In this document: piece after piece, positions 9,723-18,460 of the stretch
Layout of the letters: every line of letters begins with the position of its first letter
How positions within the stretch are numbered: the first letter of the stretch is position 1
NCBI GenBank assembly: GCA_040260805.1
Contig: JBDQPD010000025.1
Coordinates: 1-38,610, forward strand
Source of the DNA: Myxococcota bacterium
GTDB taxonomy: Bacteria; Myxococcota; UBA4151
Length of the DNA stretch: 38,610 nucleotides
Direction: 5' to 3'
The notes under the pieces: model-generated
The model's input: the letters and a program-made list of their open reading frames with translations, nothing else
Databases searched by the model: none
Told to the model about the DNA's origin: nothing
Translations under genes and position numbers: made by a program

Positions 9723-9766
9723 CGCAAGGAGTTGCACAGCGTAGCATCAATTTGGAGTCGCGAACC

Positions 9767-11956
9767 ATGACCCGCAGCCATCGCCAAACCTCTATTCGCC
9801 TCATCTCTGACCGCCCCGTAAGCATATCAGAAACCACTGAAAACTGGGAGCTTATCCGAGAGTTTGGGCAGGATGTCTTCACCGACGAGGTGATGAAAAG
9901 ACTGCTTCCAGCGGAAGCCTACGACGATCTTCGAAACACGATCGATCAAGGCGTAGCGCTCAATGAAACGACGGCAGAGGCGGTCGCTAACGCGATGCGA
10001 TCATGGGCTCAAGAGCGTGGCGCTACGCATTACACGCACTGGTTCCAACCGATGACCGGCCTAACCGCAGAGAAGCATGATTCGTTTCTCGAGCTGAGCG
10101 AGGGCCGTGCGATCATCAAGTTTGGTGGCAGCCAACTGGTTCAAGGTGAACCCGATGCCTCGAGCTTCCCTTCCGGTGGTATCCGCCAAACGTTTGAAGC
10201 GCGCGGGTACACGGCTTGGGACCCCTCAAGCCCGGCGTTTCTGCGGCGCGACCCCAACGGCTGCACCCTGTGCATTCCGACCGCATTTTGTTCCTACACC
10301 GGGGAAGCGCTGGACGAAAAAACCCCATTAATGCGAGCCGGAGAAGCGCTACAGCGTCAAGCGATCAAGACTGCGCATCTGCTGGGTCACGCTTCCGTTG
10401 ATCGTGTCTTCACCACCGTCGGCTGCGAGCAAGAGTACTTTTTGCTCGATAAGCAGTTCTTCGTTCAACGACCCGACCTTGCCAATGCAGGACGCACGCT
10501 GTTCGGCGCTCCGCCGCTCAAAGGGCAAGAGCTGGATGACCATTATTTCGGTGCGATCCGAAAACGCGTCATGGCGTTCATGGAAGAGGTAGACCGAGAG
10601 CTTTGGCGCCTCGGGGTCCCGTCGAAAACCCGCCACAATGAAGTGGCGCCAAGCCAGTTTGAGCTGGCTCCGATCTTTGAAGCGAGCAACGTCGCTATCG
10701 ACCACAACATGCTCACCATGGAGGTCCTTCGTAACGTCGCAGACCGGCACGGATTTGCCTGTCTTTTGCATGAAAAGCCCTACGCTGGCGTGAACGGCAG
10801 CGGAAAGCATGTGAACTGGTCGATCGGGTGCACCGAGCGCGGTAACCTGCTCAACCCAGGCTCGACACCGCAAGACAACGTCAGCTTCTTGTTTCACCTC
10901 GCCGCGGTCATTGCGGCGGTCGACGAACACGCTCCCTTGCTGCGCGCATCGATCGCTCACTCGGGTAACGATCATCGCCTGGGCGCGAACGAAGCGCCGC
11001 CAGCGATCATCTCAGCATACCTAGGCGACCAGCTCACCGCGATCGTCGATGCGATCGTTACCGGTCAATCCCTAGCCGAAGGCGATGGTGGCTTGATGCG
11101 ACTTGGGGTTGAGGCGCTTCCGCCTTTGACTAAAGACCCGACCGACCGAAACCGAACCTCACCCTTCGCTTTTACCGGCAACAAGTTTGAGTTCCGCGCA
11201 GCAGGCTCAAGCCAAAGCGCAGCAGTGGTGAACACCGTACTGTGCACAGTGGTTGCCAACAGCCTAGCCAAAATGAGCGATCAGCTGGAGGCCAAGACCC
11301 AAGCGGGCAAGGGGTTATCGGACGCTGTCTTTGAGACCATTAAAGAGACCTTAGTCGCTCATCATCGCGTCATCTTTAAAGGCGACGGCTACTCAGACGA
11401 CTGGGTCACTGACGCCGAACAGCGTGGTCTGCCGAATCTTCGCTCAACGCCCGATGCCCTGCCTGCGTGGGTCAGCGCAGAGGCGATCGCCCTCTTTGAC
11501 CGCCACTCGGTCTTGACCGAGCGTGAGCTCAGAGCTCGCCATGAAGTAGCCTGTGAGAAGTACAACACGCATCTGACGATCGAAGGTCGCTGCAGTTCTC
11601 ACATCGTTCGCACGATGATTCTTCCGGCGGTGATGGCCTTTCAGCGCCGTGTAGGCGATGCCATCGTCTCCTCCAAGGCTGCTGGACTTGAAGACCAAGC
11701 CCTCAGCGCTCAGCAGTCGCTGTTGCGTGAGCTTTCGGGATTGTACAACACGATCACTGACCGCTGCGATGAAATGGAAGCCGGCCTAGCAAAGGCTTCG
11801 AGTATCGAGCACGCCCCAGAAGCGCTTCAGGCTTTCAAATCAGAGGTTCTCGAACGTCAAGCGACGCTGCGTGAAGTGGTTGATATGGCAGAAGCCGTTG
11901 TTGAGGACCGGTTGTGGCCCCTGCCGAAATACCATGAGATGCTGCTGATCTATTAG
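9767..11956 (+). CDS. glnN: Glutamine synthetase type III
   Basis: THYTHWFQPMTG.TAEKHDSF, GEPDASSFPSGG, GCEQEYFL, RHNEVAP, HEKPYAGVNGSGKH, DRNRTSPFAFTGNKFEFR and C-terminal WPLPKY. ATG 9767 has a GGAG RBS. Confidence 0.95.
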   Translation: MTRSHRQTSIRLISDRPVSISETTENWELIREFGQDVFTDEVMKRLLPAEAYDDLRNTIDQGVALNETTAEAVANAMRSWAQERGATHYTHWFQPMTGLTAEKHDSFLELSEGRAIIKFGGSQLVQGEPDASSFPSGGIRQTFEARGYTAWDPSSPAFLRRDPNGCTLCIPTAFCSYTGEALDEKTPLMRAGEALQRQAIKTAHLLGHASVDRVFTTVGCEQEYFLLDKQFFVQRPDLANAGRTLFGAPPLKGQELDDHYFGAIRKRVMAFMEEVDRELWRLGVPSKTRHNEVAPSQFELAPIFEASNVAIDHNMLTMEVLRNVADRHGFACLLHEKPYAGVNGSGKHVNWSIGCTERGNLLNPGSTPQDNVSFLFHLAAVIAAVDEHAPLLRASIAHSGNDHRLGANEAPPAIISAYLGDQLTAIVDAIVTGQSLAEGDGGLMRLGVEALPPLTKDPTDRNRTSPFAFTGNKFEFRAAGSSQSAAVVNTVLCTVVANSLAKMSDQLEAKTQAGKGLSDAVFETIKETLVAHHRVIFKGDGYSDDWVTDAEQRGLPNLRSTPDALPAWVSAEAIALFDRHSVLTERELRARHEVACEKYNTHLTIEGRCSSHIVRTMILPAVMAFQRRVGDAIVSSKAAGLEDQALSAQQSLLRELSGLYNTITDRCDEMEAGLAKASSIEHAPEALQAFKSEVLERQATLREVVDMAEAVVEDRLWPLPKYHEMLLIY

Positions 11957-11957
11957 T

Positions 11958-14165
11958 CTAGACGAGCTGCCAGCGGCGCCTCAGCGCAATAGCGATGAAC
12001 CCGGGCGTAAGTATGATCAAAATCCACCAGGGTTGAGTCCAAAGAGGCTCTTGGCGCATCGCTTCGATCCGCTCACCCTTGCGATCTTTGTCGATCGCCA
12101 GATCACTGAGTTGAGTCGTATCCCAATCGTAGACCTCACCATCGCTGGCGTCCGCTAAACGCTTCAGCCGGTCATGATCTGGACCCACTAAACGTCGCTC
12201 TAAGCTTGGCTGTCCTGCGATCACGATCGCTTCAGCCCTGGCGACCTGGCGACCTTCGGCGCTTGAGCTCGCCTTGAGGGTCCAGTCACCGGGTGCCAAA
12301 TCCTGTACATCAAACTGAACCTGACCGGCTTCGTCCGTTTGACTTTGCAGTCGGCGCTCGGGCTGACCCTTCTGCCGGAGGCTAAGATCCACCACAGCGT
12401 TCGCTTGCGGCAGCCAGTCCTGGCCCCGCAGCGATAGACGCACCGGCAAAGACGCCCCCCTGCCGACCGAGGCCGGCAGGTCATCCCAAGTCAACCGGCT
12501 AAAGGCGGGATCGCCACTAAGCCAACGCAACATATTATGCCAAATTCGGTAGTAGGGTCGCGCCGTTTGTCGACGCGCCGCCGCAGGAAGCTGCCACCGC
12601 CATAAACTATCGACCGCCAAGGCCAACGCCCGCCCCCGGCCTGCCGGTGCAGCAACCAGCACCGGCTGTTGACGTGTCGTGGTGTGCTCAGGGTGTGCCA
12701 AGATAACCGCTGCGCCGGGCTTGGGGTCACCCAATCGGTTGCGGCCTCGCAACAAAGGCAAAGACGCCAGCTGATCTTGCACATCGGCAGATTGCCCCAA
12801 ACTCAAGATCGGGTGGTTTGGCGCAACAGCCAAAGGAACAAAGGGCCTGAGGTCTGCCGTAGCTGAGGCGATTTCAACCGGCAGCAACCTACCGATTTCG
12901 GTGTCTTGATACTGCCCCTCAAAGAAACTGCGCTCTCCGCCGACCATCGCAAAACCACCGCCATCTACCTCGACGAACCGGCGAATATGGCCCAAATAAC
13001 GACCCACGCTGTACGGTGCGTAGTTAAAGTCGACGAACAAGACGACGTCGAAAGTATGCAACTGCTCCTCGAAAAGCTCGCGCTCGGGGAACGGAATCAA
13101 GCTGAGCTCTTCTTCAGGCACTGAGCTGCTGTCTTCATGGGTCCTAAGAATAAAAAAGCTGACTAAATCGACGCCCGGGTCTTCTTTGAGCAAGCGCCTC
13201 AAGTAGCGCACGTCCCAGGTAGGAGCGCCGGCAACGAGCAGCACCCGCAGTCGATCTCGAACGACATCCATAGGAACCAATAAAACATTGTTTGAGATGT
13301 CTTCTTCACCACTGACAACCGGCGTCGAAAGGCGAATCACCTGGCGCCCGACGCGCATGGGCTTAAAGGGTATTTCCAGTTCAACGCGCGCAGGGTCGCC
13401 GACCAGCTTCACGCGCTTTAGTTGATCCGCAACACCCGGTATTTGAACCTTGATGGTCGCCTCCATACCGCTCACTCCGCGACCCGACAAAGCGACCTTC
13501 AAGGTCCGCGTATTGCGCACAAAGGCGACGGGCGCTTCTCCTGCCATGCTCAAGGAAAGGTCACGGCTTTTCGATGCATTGGGTGCCAGGAACAGCAAGG
13601 GAACATCAAGCTGGCGGACGCGCCCTTTAAGGTCCTCGGCGCGCTCTTGGCTGACCCCATCAGTCAGCACCACAATTCCGGCAAGTGGCGAGCCCTGAAC
13701 AGCGGCTGCCGCTTCTTCTATGCTCGCCAGCAAATACGTCTGCTTGCCATTGGGAGCTTGACCTAAACTGTTCAACTCAAGCGGCTCAATAGAACGCGAA
13801 AATGAGAACTTAAGCACCGAGAATTCACGTTGCAATGACTCTATAGAAGCTTCCGATACGAGACGCGAAACAGCGGCCCTTCTAGCCTTCGTGTCCATGG
13901 ACCGGCTTCGGTCGACTAAAACCAAAACGGTACCGGGGACTGAGGTCACTCGCTCATGCCGAATCCCTGGACCGAGTAAGGTCACAAGCAAACCCGCACC
14001 GAGCAAGAATCGAAGACCAGCTAAGGTCATCCGCTGGCGACGATTAAGCGTACCGCTCGCTCGCCAAAGAACGAACAACACGCAGATGACAACCAGAGCA
14101 CACACCCACAACGACGTGCCCGACATCATCGGCTCAAAAGCTAAACTCTGCCGCCAGTCCTGCAT
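11958..14165 (-). CDS. Membrane protein with vWA-like and class I glutamine amidotransferase-like domains
   Basis: N-terminal TMs, MIDAS DRSRSM and VLTDG, RVLLVAGAPTWDVRYLRRLLKEDP.VDLVSFFILR, GGGFAMVGG..SF, and a C-terminal TM with RRRW. Confidence 0.78.
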   Translation of the reverse strand: MQDWRQSLAFEPMMSGTSLWVCALVVICVLFVLWRASGTLNRRQRMTLAGLRFLLGAGLLVTLLGPGIRHERVTSVPGTVLVLVDRSRSMDTKARRAAVSRLVSEASIESLQREFSVLKFSFSRSIEPLELNSLGQAPNGKQTYLLASIEEAAAAVQGSPLAGIVVLTDGVSQERAEDLKGRVRQLDVPLLFLAPNASKSRDLSLSMAGEAPVAFVRNTRTLKVALSGRGVSGMEATIKVQIPGVADQLKRVKLVGDPARVELEIPFKPMRVGRQVIRLSTPVVSGEEDISNNVLLVPMDVVRDRLRVLLVAGAPTWDVRYLRRLLKEDPGVDLVSFFILRTHEDSSSVPEEELSLIPFPERELFEEQLHTFDVVLFVDFNYAPYSVGRYLGHIRRFVEVDGGGFAMVGGERSFFEGQYQDTEIGRLLPVEIASATADLRPFVPLAVAPNHPILSLGQSADVQDQLASLPLLRGRNRLGDPKPGAAVILAHPEHTTTRQQPVLVAAPAGRGRALALAVDSLWRWQLPAAARRQTARPYYRIWHNMLRWLSGDPAFSRLTWDDLPASVGRGASLPVRLSLRGQDWLPQANAVVDLSLRQKGQPERRLQSQTDEAGQVQFDVQDLAPGDWTLKASSSAEGRQVARAEAIVIAGQPSLERRLVGPDHDRLKRLADASDGEVYDWDTTQLSDLAIDKDRKGERIEAMRQEPLWTQPWWILIILTPGFIAIALRRRWQLV

Positions 14166-14166
14166 C

Positions 14167-14901
14167 TTATTGGCGACGCTTGAGCAAGAAGGGGATGTGA
14201 ACTTGATCTGCTTTGTAATCGGTACACAAAGCGTACATCACCAGATTCACGCCGAAACGAACGGCATGCTCGCGTTGATCCTCACCGCCAGGGTCGCAAG
14301 AAAATGCCCAGGCACCAAACTCATCGCGAAGCACCGCTCCACCGAGATCGACGTCAGCGCCGAGCGCCACCATCCGTCCATCGAGCTCAAGAATCGGCGT
14401 TTGATTCTCAGCTATGCCCCGGCCAACCGCATTCTTGAGCAGATAAAAGCTCCGAAACAAAACGTGCTCTCTGGTCGTCTGCGTCGCGGCATCAGACGGC
14501 AGCTGACGAGCGAGTCGCTCCAGACAACGCTCACCAAATTGGTCCCCGGGAACCAAGGCGTCGAAATAGATCATCCCGCCGCTGCGAACGTAGTGAGCTA
14601 GGCGCTTCCATCGCTGCTCTGGCCAGTCTGGTGCCTCCCCTTGCCCCACACAAACCAGCAAAGGGTAATCAAAGAGTTCCGCTGCGTCAGGGTCGATGAT
14701 CAAGGCTTCGCTCGAGACCTTGATCGATGTGCGCGATTCGATCTCTAAACCCAGACGAGCCCACGACTTTTGCCGGGCAGCTGCGTCACCCGCGTCGAGC
14801 AACGCAAAGGTCAGCTGACTAGCCCGCCCAAAGGCAAAGGCGGGCCTACCCAGCGCAAGGCTAGCTAGCGTCATTGCTTTTATGAAGCGTCGTCGCTGCA
14901 T
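14167..14901 (-). CDS. DUF4159-like protein with Tat signal
   Basis: MQRRRFIKA twin-arginine start. Motifs LFDYPLL, GGMIYFD, HVLFRSFY and RFGVNLVMYALCTDYKADQVH match the family as I recall it. One base upstream of the vWA/GATase gene. Confidence 0.75.
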   Translation of the reverse strand: MQRRRFIKAMTLASLALGRPAFAFGRASQLTFALLDAGDAAARQKSWARLGLEIESRTSIKVSSEALIIDPDAAELFDYPLLVCVGQGEAPDWPEQRWKRLAHYVRSGGMIYFDALVPGDQFGERCLERLARQLPSDAATQTTREHVLFRSFYLLKNAVGRGIAENQTPILELDGRMVALGADVDLGGAVLRDEFGAWAFSCDPGGEDQREHAVRFGVNLVMYALCTDYKADQVHIPFLLKRRQ

Positions 14902-14960
14902 CGGTGTCTTTCTGAGTCTTTGCTCTGAAGCGGCCTTCATGGCAGGTTGGGCGAGGGAAC

Positions 14961-16409
14961 ATGAGCGAGACAAGAGGCATGTGCAAGCCTACCTTTTATT
15001 GGCCGATGGTACTGATCTTCAGTGCGATGGTCTCCGGTTGCTTCGATATTGAAGAACAGATCACGGTAACTTTGATTTCCGTGGCGGAGGATCGCGCTCA
15101 GATAAGCGCCGAAATGATCTTCCGCGATGCGCCGATTGAAGATGGAGAAATGGTCACTTTTCGCACCGACCAAGGTAGTTTTGACGAGCTGAGCGAGCAG
15201 AAGGTTATCGAGGTGCCGGCCAGCGGAGGCGTGGCGACGGTGACGGTGTTTCGATCCTGTGAGCTGAGCAACTCCACGGTGTCAGCGAGCTTTCGAACGA
15301 TCAACAGATCAACGCCATCAGCGCAGCTAGCGGTTGCGTTTCCCGACCCGCCGCTTGTGACCAACCGAGATCTCGGGTTCACCTGCGCAGCGTCGAACAT
15401 CGCGGCGCTCGACGAAGGCTTGATCGGAGAAACTTTTACCATCGACTGCACCGTTAATGCACCGAACCGAGCAGCCTTAAATCCCGCATTTGCGGCTGAA
15501 GCAGGGCGTTTTATTACTGGAGAGGCGCCGCGTAATGAGCGCTGCGCAGTAGCACCCATCACCTATCAAGTCGTGGTGGGCGAAGACGAACCCCAAAATG
15601 TGGCTCCGTTACCGCACCGATGCATCGACGCCTTTAGTTATCCCTCTGCGGGTGACGGACGGCCGGGTCCAGACACCTACAGAAACCCTCGAGATGGATT
15701 GGTCAGTTTGATTGTCTACGCTGCGGGTGCCGAAGGGTTTGATGACCAGAATCAAAGCGGAGCTTGGGATCTAGGAGAACCCTTCGATGACCTCGCTGAG
15801 CCTTATGTCGATGCGGATGATAACGGAGAATGGACGCCAGGAGAGTGGTACCAAGATGTCAACGGTAGCGGCGCCTGGGACGCAGGCAACGGACGCTACG
15901 ACGCAGCGACCATCATCTGGAAAAAAACACAGATGATCTGGTCGGGCCAACCTTGGGCGGCCGATCACGAGAAAGCGAGCCGGCTGACCACCTCACCAAG
16001 CTTTGAGTCGATGGCGCCGGGCGCCAACGAAGGACGCACCGTTAAAGTTCGGATCGTCGATCGAAACTTGAACCCCATCGCTGCCCACGGAACCAGCGAC
16101 CAAGTCCGAGTCCAAGCCAGTCGAGATCTCGAGTTGGTGCACGGAGCGCAGAGCAGCTTGAGCCAGTCCATGGGACTCGTTGTGGGCGCCGATGGAACCG
16201 TAAATCATGTCGTTGAGGGCACGGATTGCGACCAACCGGGCGGGCGCTATTTCTCAGCTCGCGTCCGCGACGCTCGGGATCCCGAGGGTTGCGAGGCGGG
16301 CTTAGTCAGCGTGACGGCTGAAGTTCGCTACACCCCGGCGCCAGGAGTCCGCCAGCGCAGCATCCAACTGCTGCCACTTGAAGGTCGATTGCGCGCCTGT
16401 GACCCATGA
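14961..16409 (+). CDS. Lipoprotein with invasin-like Ig domain and Asp-rich Ca-binding loops
   Basis: Lipobox VSGC, Big_1-like DGEMVTFRTDQGSF...GGVATVT, and repeated DxNxxGxWD loops (DQNQSGAWD, DADDNGEWT, DVNGSGAWD). The start may be 14979. Confidence 0.65.
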   Translation: MSETRGMCKPTFYWPMVLIFSAMVSGCFDIEEQITVTLISVAEDRAQISAEMIFRDAPIEDGEMVTFRTDQGSFDELSEQKVIEVPASGGVATVTVFRSCELSNSTVSASFRTINRSTPSAQLAVAFPDPPLVTNRDLGFTCAASNIAALDEGLIGETFTIDCTVNAPNRAALNPAFAAEAGRFITGEAPRNERCAVAPITYQVVVGEDEPQNVAPLPHRCIDAFSYPSAGDGRPGPDTYRNPRDGLVSLIVYAAGAEGFDDQNQSGAWDLGEPFDDLAEPYVDADDNGEWTPGEWYQDVNGSGAWDAGNGRYDAATIIWKKTQMIWSGQPWAADHEKASRLTTSPSFESMAPGANEGRTVKVRIVDRNLNPIAAHGTSDQVRVQASRDLELVHGAQSSLSQSMGLVVGADGTVNHVVEGTDCDQPGGRYFSARVRDARDPEGCEAGLVSVTAEVRYTPAPGVRQRSIQLLPLEGRLRACDP

Positions 16410-17116
16410 AACGGCGCGTTGACCTTCTCGTCTGTCTGCGGTGCGGACACGACCCACTCACACGACAAGGACCTCTGGCGCGCTGCTCAGACTGTGGTCG
16501 TGCTTATCCGCTTCGGCGGCCGGGGTTGGTCGACTTTCTGCCGCAACAAGAAGACGATGAACGACGCGTTCGTCGGCTGATCAACCCCCGGCACTGGCTC
16601 CGTAAGGCTGAAGAATCCTATCGGACACGCATGGCACCGCCGGATCCTGACTTGCATCAAATTATGGAGCAACACGCCGGCGGGTTGCTGCTGCACGTGG
16701 GCTGCGGCTCAGGTCTAATTCTCGACGAACTTGCCCGCCACCCCTGGCGACTGCGCGTCGGCGCTGAGCGCAAGCTCAGCAGGCTCTTGCGCGCACACCG
16801 CCGACCGAACGGTGGCGCTAACTTGTTGCTCATGCGCTGCAGCCCGTACCGAATTCCGATTCGAGAAAAAATAATGGATGTGGTTTTGCTTCAAAGCCCA
16901 TTTGTCGAGTTCATGGACCCGCAAGCGGCCGTCTATGAGGTGGTTCGAATTTTACAGCCCAATGGTCGGCTGATCTGTCGAACACAGCGCGGTCAAGAAG
17001 AGCAGCTCAGCCAGATCCTAAGCTCCTCAGGTTTTGCTTATTACCGAGTCGGTGCTTGGTGGGTTAGCCGTCGCCTCGAGCCTCAGTCGAGCGCTTTGGC
17101 CGACCAAGCCCTGTAA
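16406..17116 (+). CDS. Class I SAM-dependent methyltransferase-like protein with N-terminal Zn ribbon
   Basis: CLRC...CSDC, motif I LHVGCGSG, EVVRILQPNG. ATGA overlap with the upstream gene. Confidence 0.7.
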   Translation: MKRRVDLLVCLRCGHDPLTRQGPLARCSDCGRAYPLRRPGLVDFLPQQEDDERRVRRLINPRHWLRKAEESYRTRMAPPDPDLHQIMEQHAGGLLLHVGCGSGLILDELARHPWRLRVGAERKLSRLLRAHRRPNGGANLLLMRCSPYRIPIREKIMDVVLLQSPFVEFMDPQAAVYEVVRILQPNGRLICRTQRGQEEQLSQILSSSGFAYYRVGAWWVSRRLEPQSSALADQAL

Positions 17117-17688
17117 ACCACCGCAGGCGGTGTATTTCGCCAGACCACTTTGCTGGTCTCCACCTGATTAAAGTAGCCCTCAAGTAAGGACCTAAATCGC
17201 TTCGCTGTCGGGAAGTCTTTGGCGTGAAAATAGGTGAAGGTCGAAAACGACCCTTTGTCTGCAAGTGACCGAACAATCGCTCGAAGGATACTCCTTTGAA
17301 GCTCCTCACTGAACACCGTGAAGGGTAAACCGCAGACGATCGCATCAAAGGGTTGAAGCTGTCGCTCAGTCGCCAGCTCATCGAGCTTGGTTGCGCATCC
17401 TTGCACTAAATCGATCGACGGATAACGCCTGCTCAACAAGCGGACCCAGTGTTCGTCCTTTTCGACCACCAGCAAACTCGCTTGCTCGGATTTTAGGCGA
17501 ATCAACTCTTTGGTCACGACGCCAGTTCCAGGACCCAACTCCGCTAAAGACGAAGCCGACTCGATCCCCATATGACGGGTGAGCTCTTCGGCTAAAAAGC
17601 GGGATGAGGGAGCCACAGCCCCCTGCTGACTCGGTCGCAGAAAGAACCGAGCAAAGAACTGAAGGTAATCGCCTAGCTGGGTTGCCAA
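17083..17688 (-). CDS. pmtA: Phospholipid N-methyltransferase (PmtA-like)
   Basis: GAVAPSSRFLA, ELGPGTGVVT, AIVCGLPF, FSTFTY and VWRNTPPAVVY are hallmark PmtA-family segments. Confidence 0.82.
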   Translation of the reverse strand: MATQLGDYLQFFARFFLRPSQQGAVAPSSRFLAEELTRHMGIESASSLAELGPGTGVVTKELIRLKSEQASLLVVEKDEHWVRLLSRRYPSIDLVQGCATKLDELATERQLQPFDAIVCGLPFTVFSEELQRSILRAIVRSLADKGSFSTFTYFHAKDFPTAKRFRSLLEGYFNQVETSKVVWRNTPPAVVYRAWSAKALD

Positions 17689-18278
17689 GTATCCACCGAC
17701 CGAAGCCTATCACGGCGAAGAATAAGTCGTCCCACGCCTCGCGGCGCCCCAGAATTCGGGACCAAATCGACAAAGCTATCATCAAGGTTGCTCGCCAAGA
17801 AACCCGTGATCTCGCGGCCGTCCTCAGTCAACAACCGACGCCCTGAGCCTGGTAATACACCGCCATCTGAGCGAAACATAATCGCTTGGGTTCGGCGCCT
17901 TGAGAACGCTTTACCATCGACACTTGGTTCAGGCGCCCACAAGACATGACCCGACAACCGCGTTCCGTCGCTCAAAATAACCTGACCCACACCATGGACT
18001 GCTCCAGGCATAATCGGCTCGCCGGCAGGCCCGGGAATGGGTTGCCCATTGGTAATGATCTCCCGGCGGTACAACTCCGGAAAGTCGTCGAAGAAGTCAC
18101 ACCCAGCTAATGGTTCGGCGCGCAAGGCTCCTGTGGGTTTTGTCCCACGCTTTTTACGCTGCGCTAGGCTGCGGCCCAAGCGGCGATACTCTTCTTCCTC
18201 AGCAGCCTCGAGCAAACCACTTTTACGCTTGGTCGCGAGCGCCTTGAAGCGCTCGACTAAGCGCCGCGTCTCGCTCAC
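17673..18278 (-). CDS. Hypothetical protein, DUF6982-like tandem beta domains
   Basis: GTG 18278 overlaps the upstream TGA (GTGA). N-terminal charged helix, then two similar units (SDGTRLSGH / EDGREITGF...LVP...RLIL) resembling myxobacterial DUF6982 proteins from memory. Confidence 0.6.
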   Translation of the reverse strand: MSETRRLVERFKALATKRKSGLLEAAEEEEYRRLGRSLAQRKKRGTKPTGALRAEPLAGCDFFDDFPELYRREIITNGQPIPGPAGEPIMPGAVHGVGQVILSDGTRLSGHVLWAPEPSVDGKAFSRRRTQAIMFRSDGGVLPGSGRRLLTEDGREITGFLASNLDDSFVDLVPNSGAPRGVGRLILRRDRLRSVDTWQPS

Positions 18279-18460
18279 GTTCGCCGGCGCCAAAACACAG
18301 CAACCGTCAAGCAGTGATGACTCGAATCAGAGCTCTGGCGGAGTTCAGTATTGACCACCTCCAAGTCAGGGTGCTCGTTGAGAAATCGCGTCACTCGCTC
18401 ACCAATCTTTTCGCGTTCCGATGCAAGCGTAGCGGAGAAAATCTCCAGCCCATCATACAT
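18275..18460 (-). CDS. Small conserved myxobacterial hypothetical protein (61 aa)
   Basis: IFSATLASERE.IGE.VT.FL..HP.LEVV.....QSSD..HHCLTV.VF pattern, recalled from myxobacterial small proteins. Overlaps both neighbours. Confidence 0.75.
   Translation of the reverse strand: MYDGLEIFSATLASEREKIGERVTRFLNEHPDLEVVNTELRQSSDSSHHCLTVAVFWRRRT

Noticed and set aside
9680..9766. Canonical glnA glutamine riboswitch
   Set aside because: It lacks the E-loop and closing P1 strand. Reported only as an unexplained hairpin.
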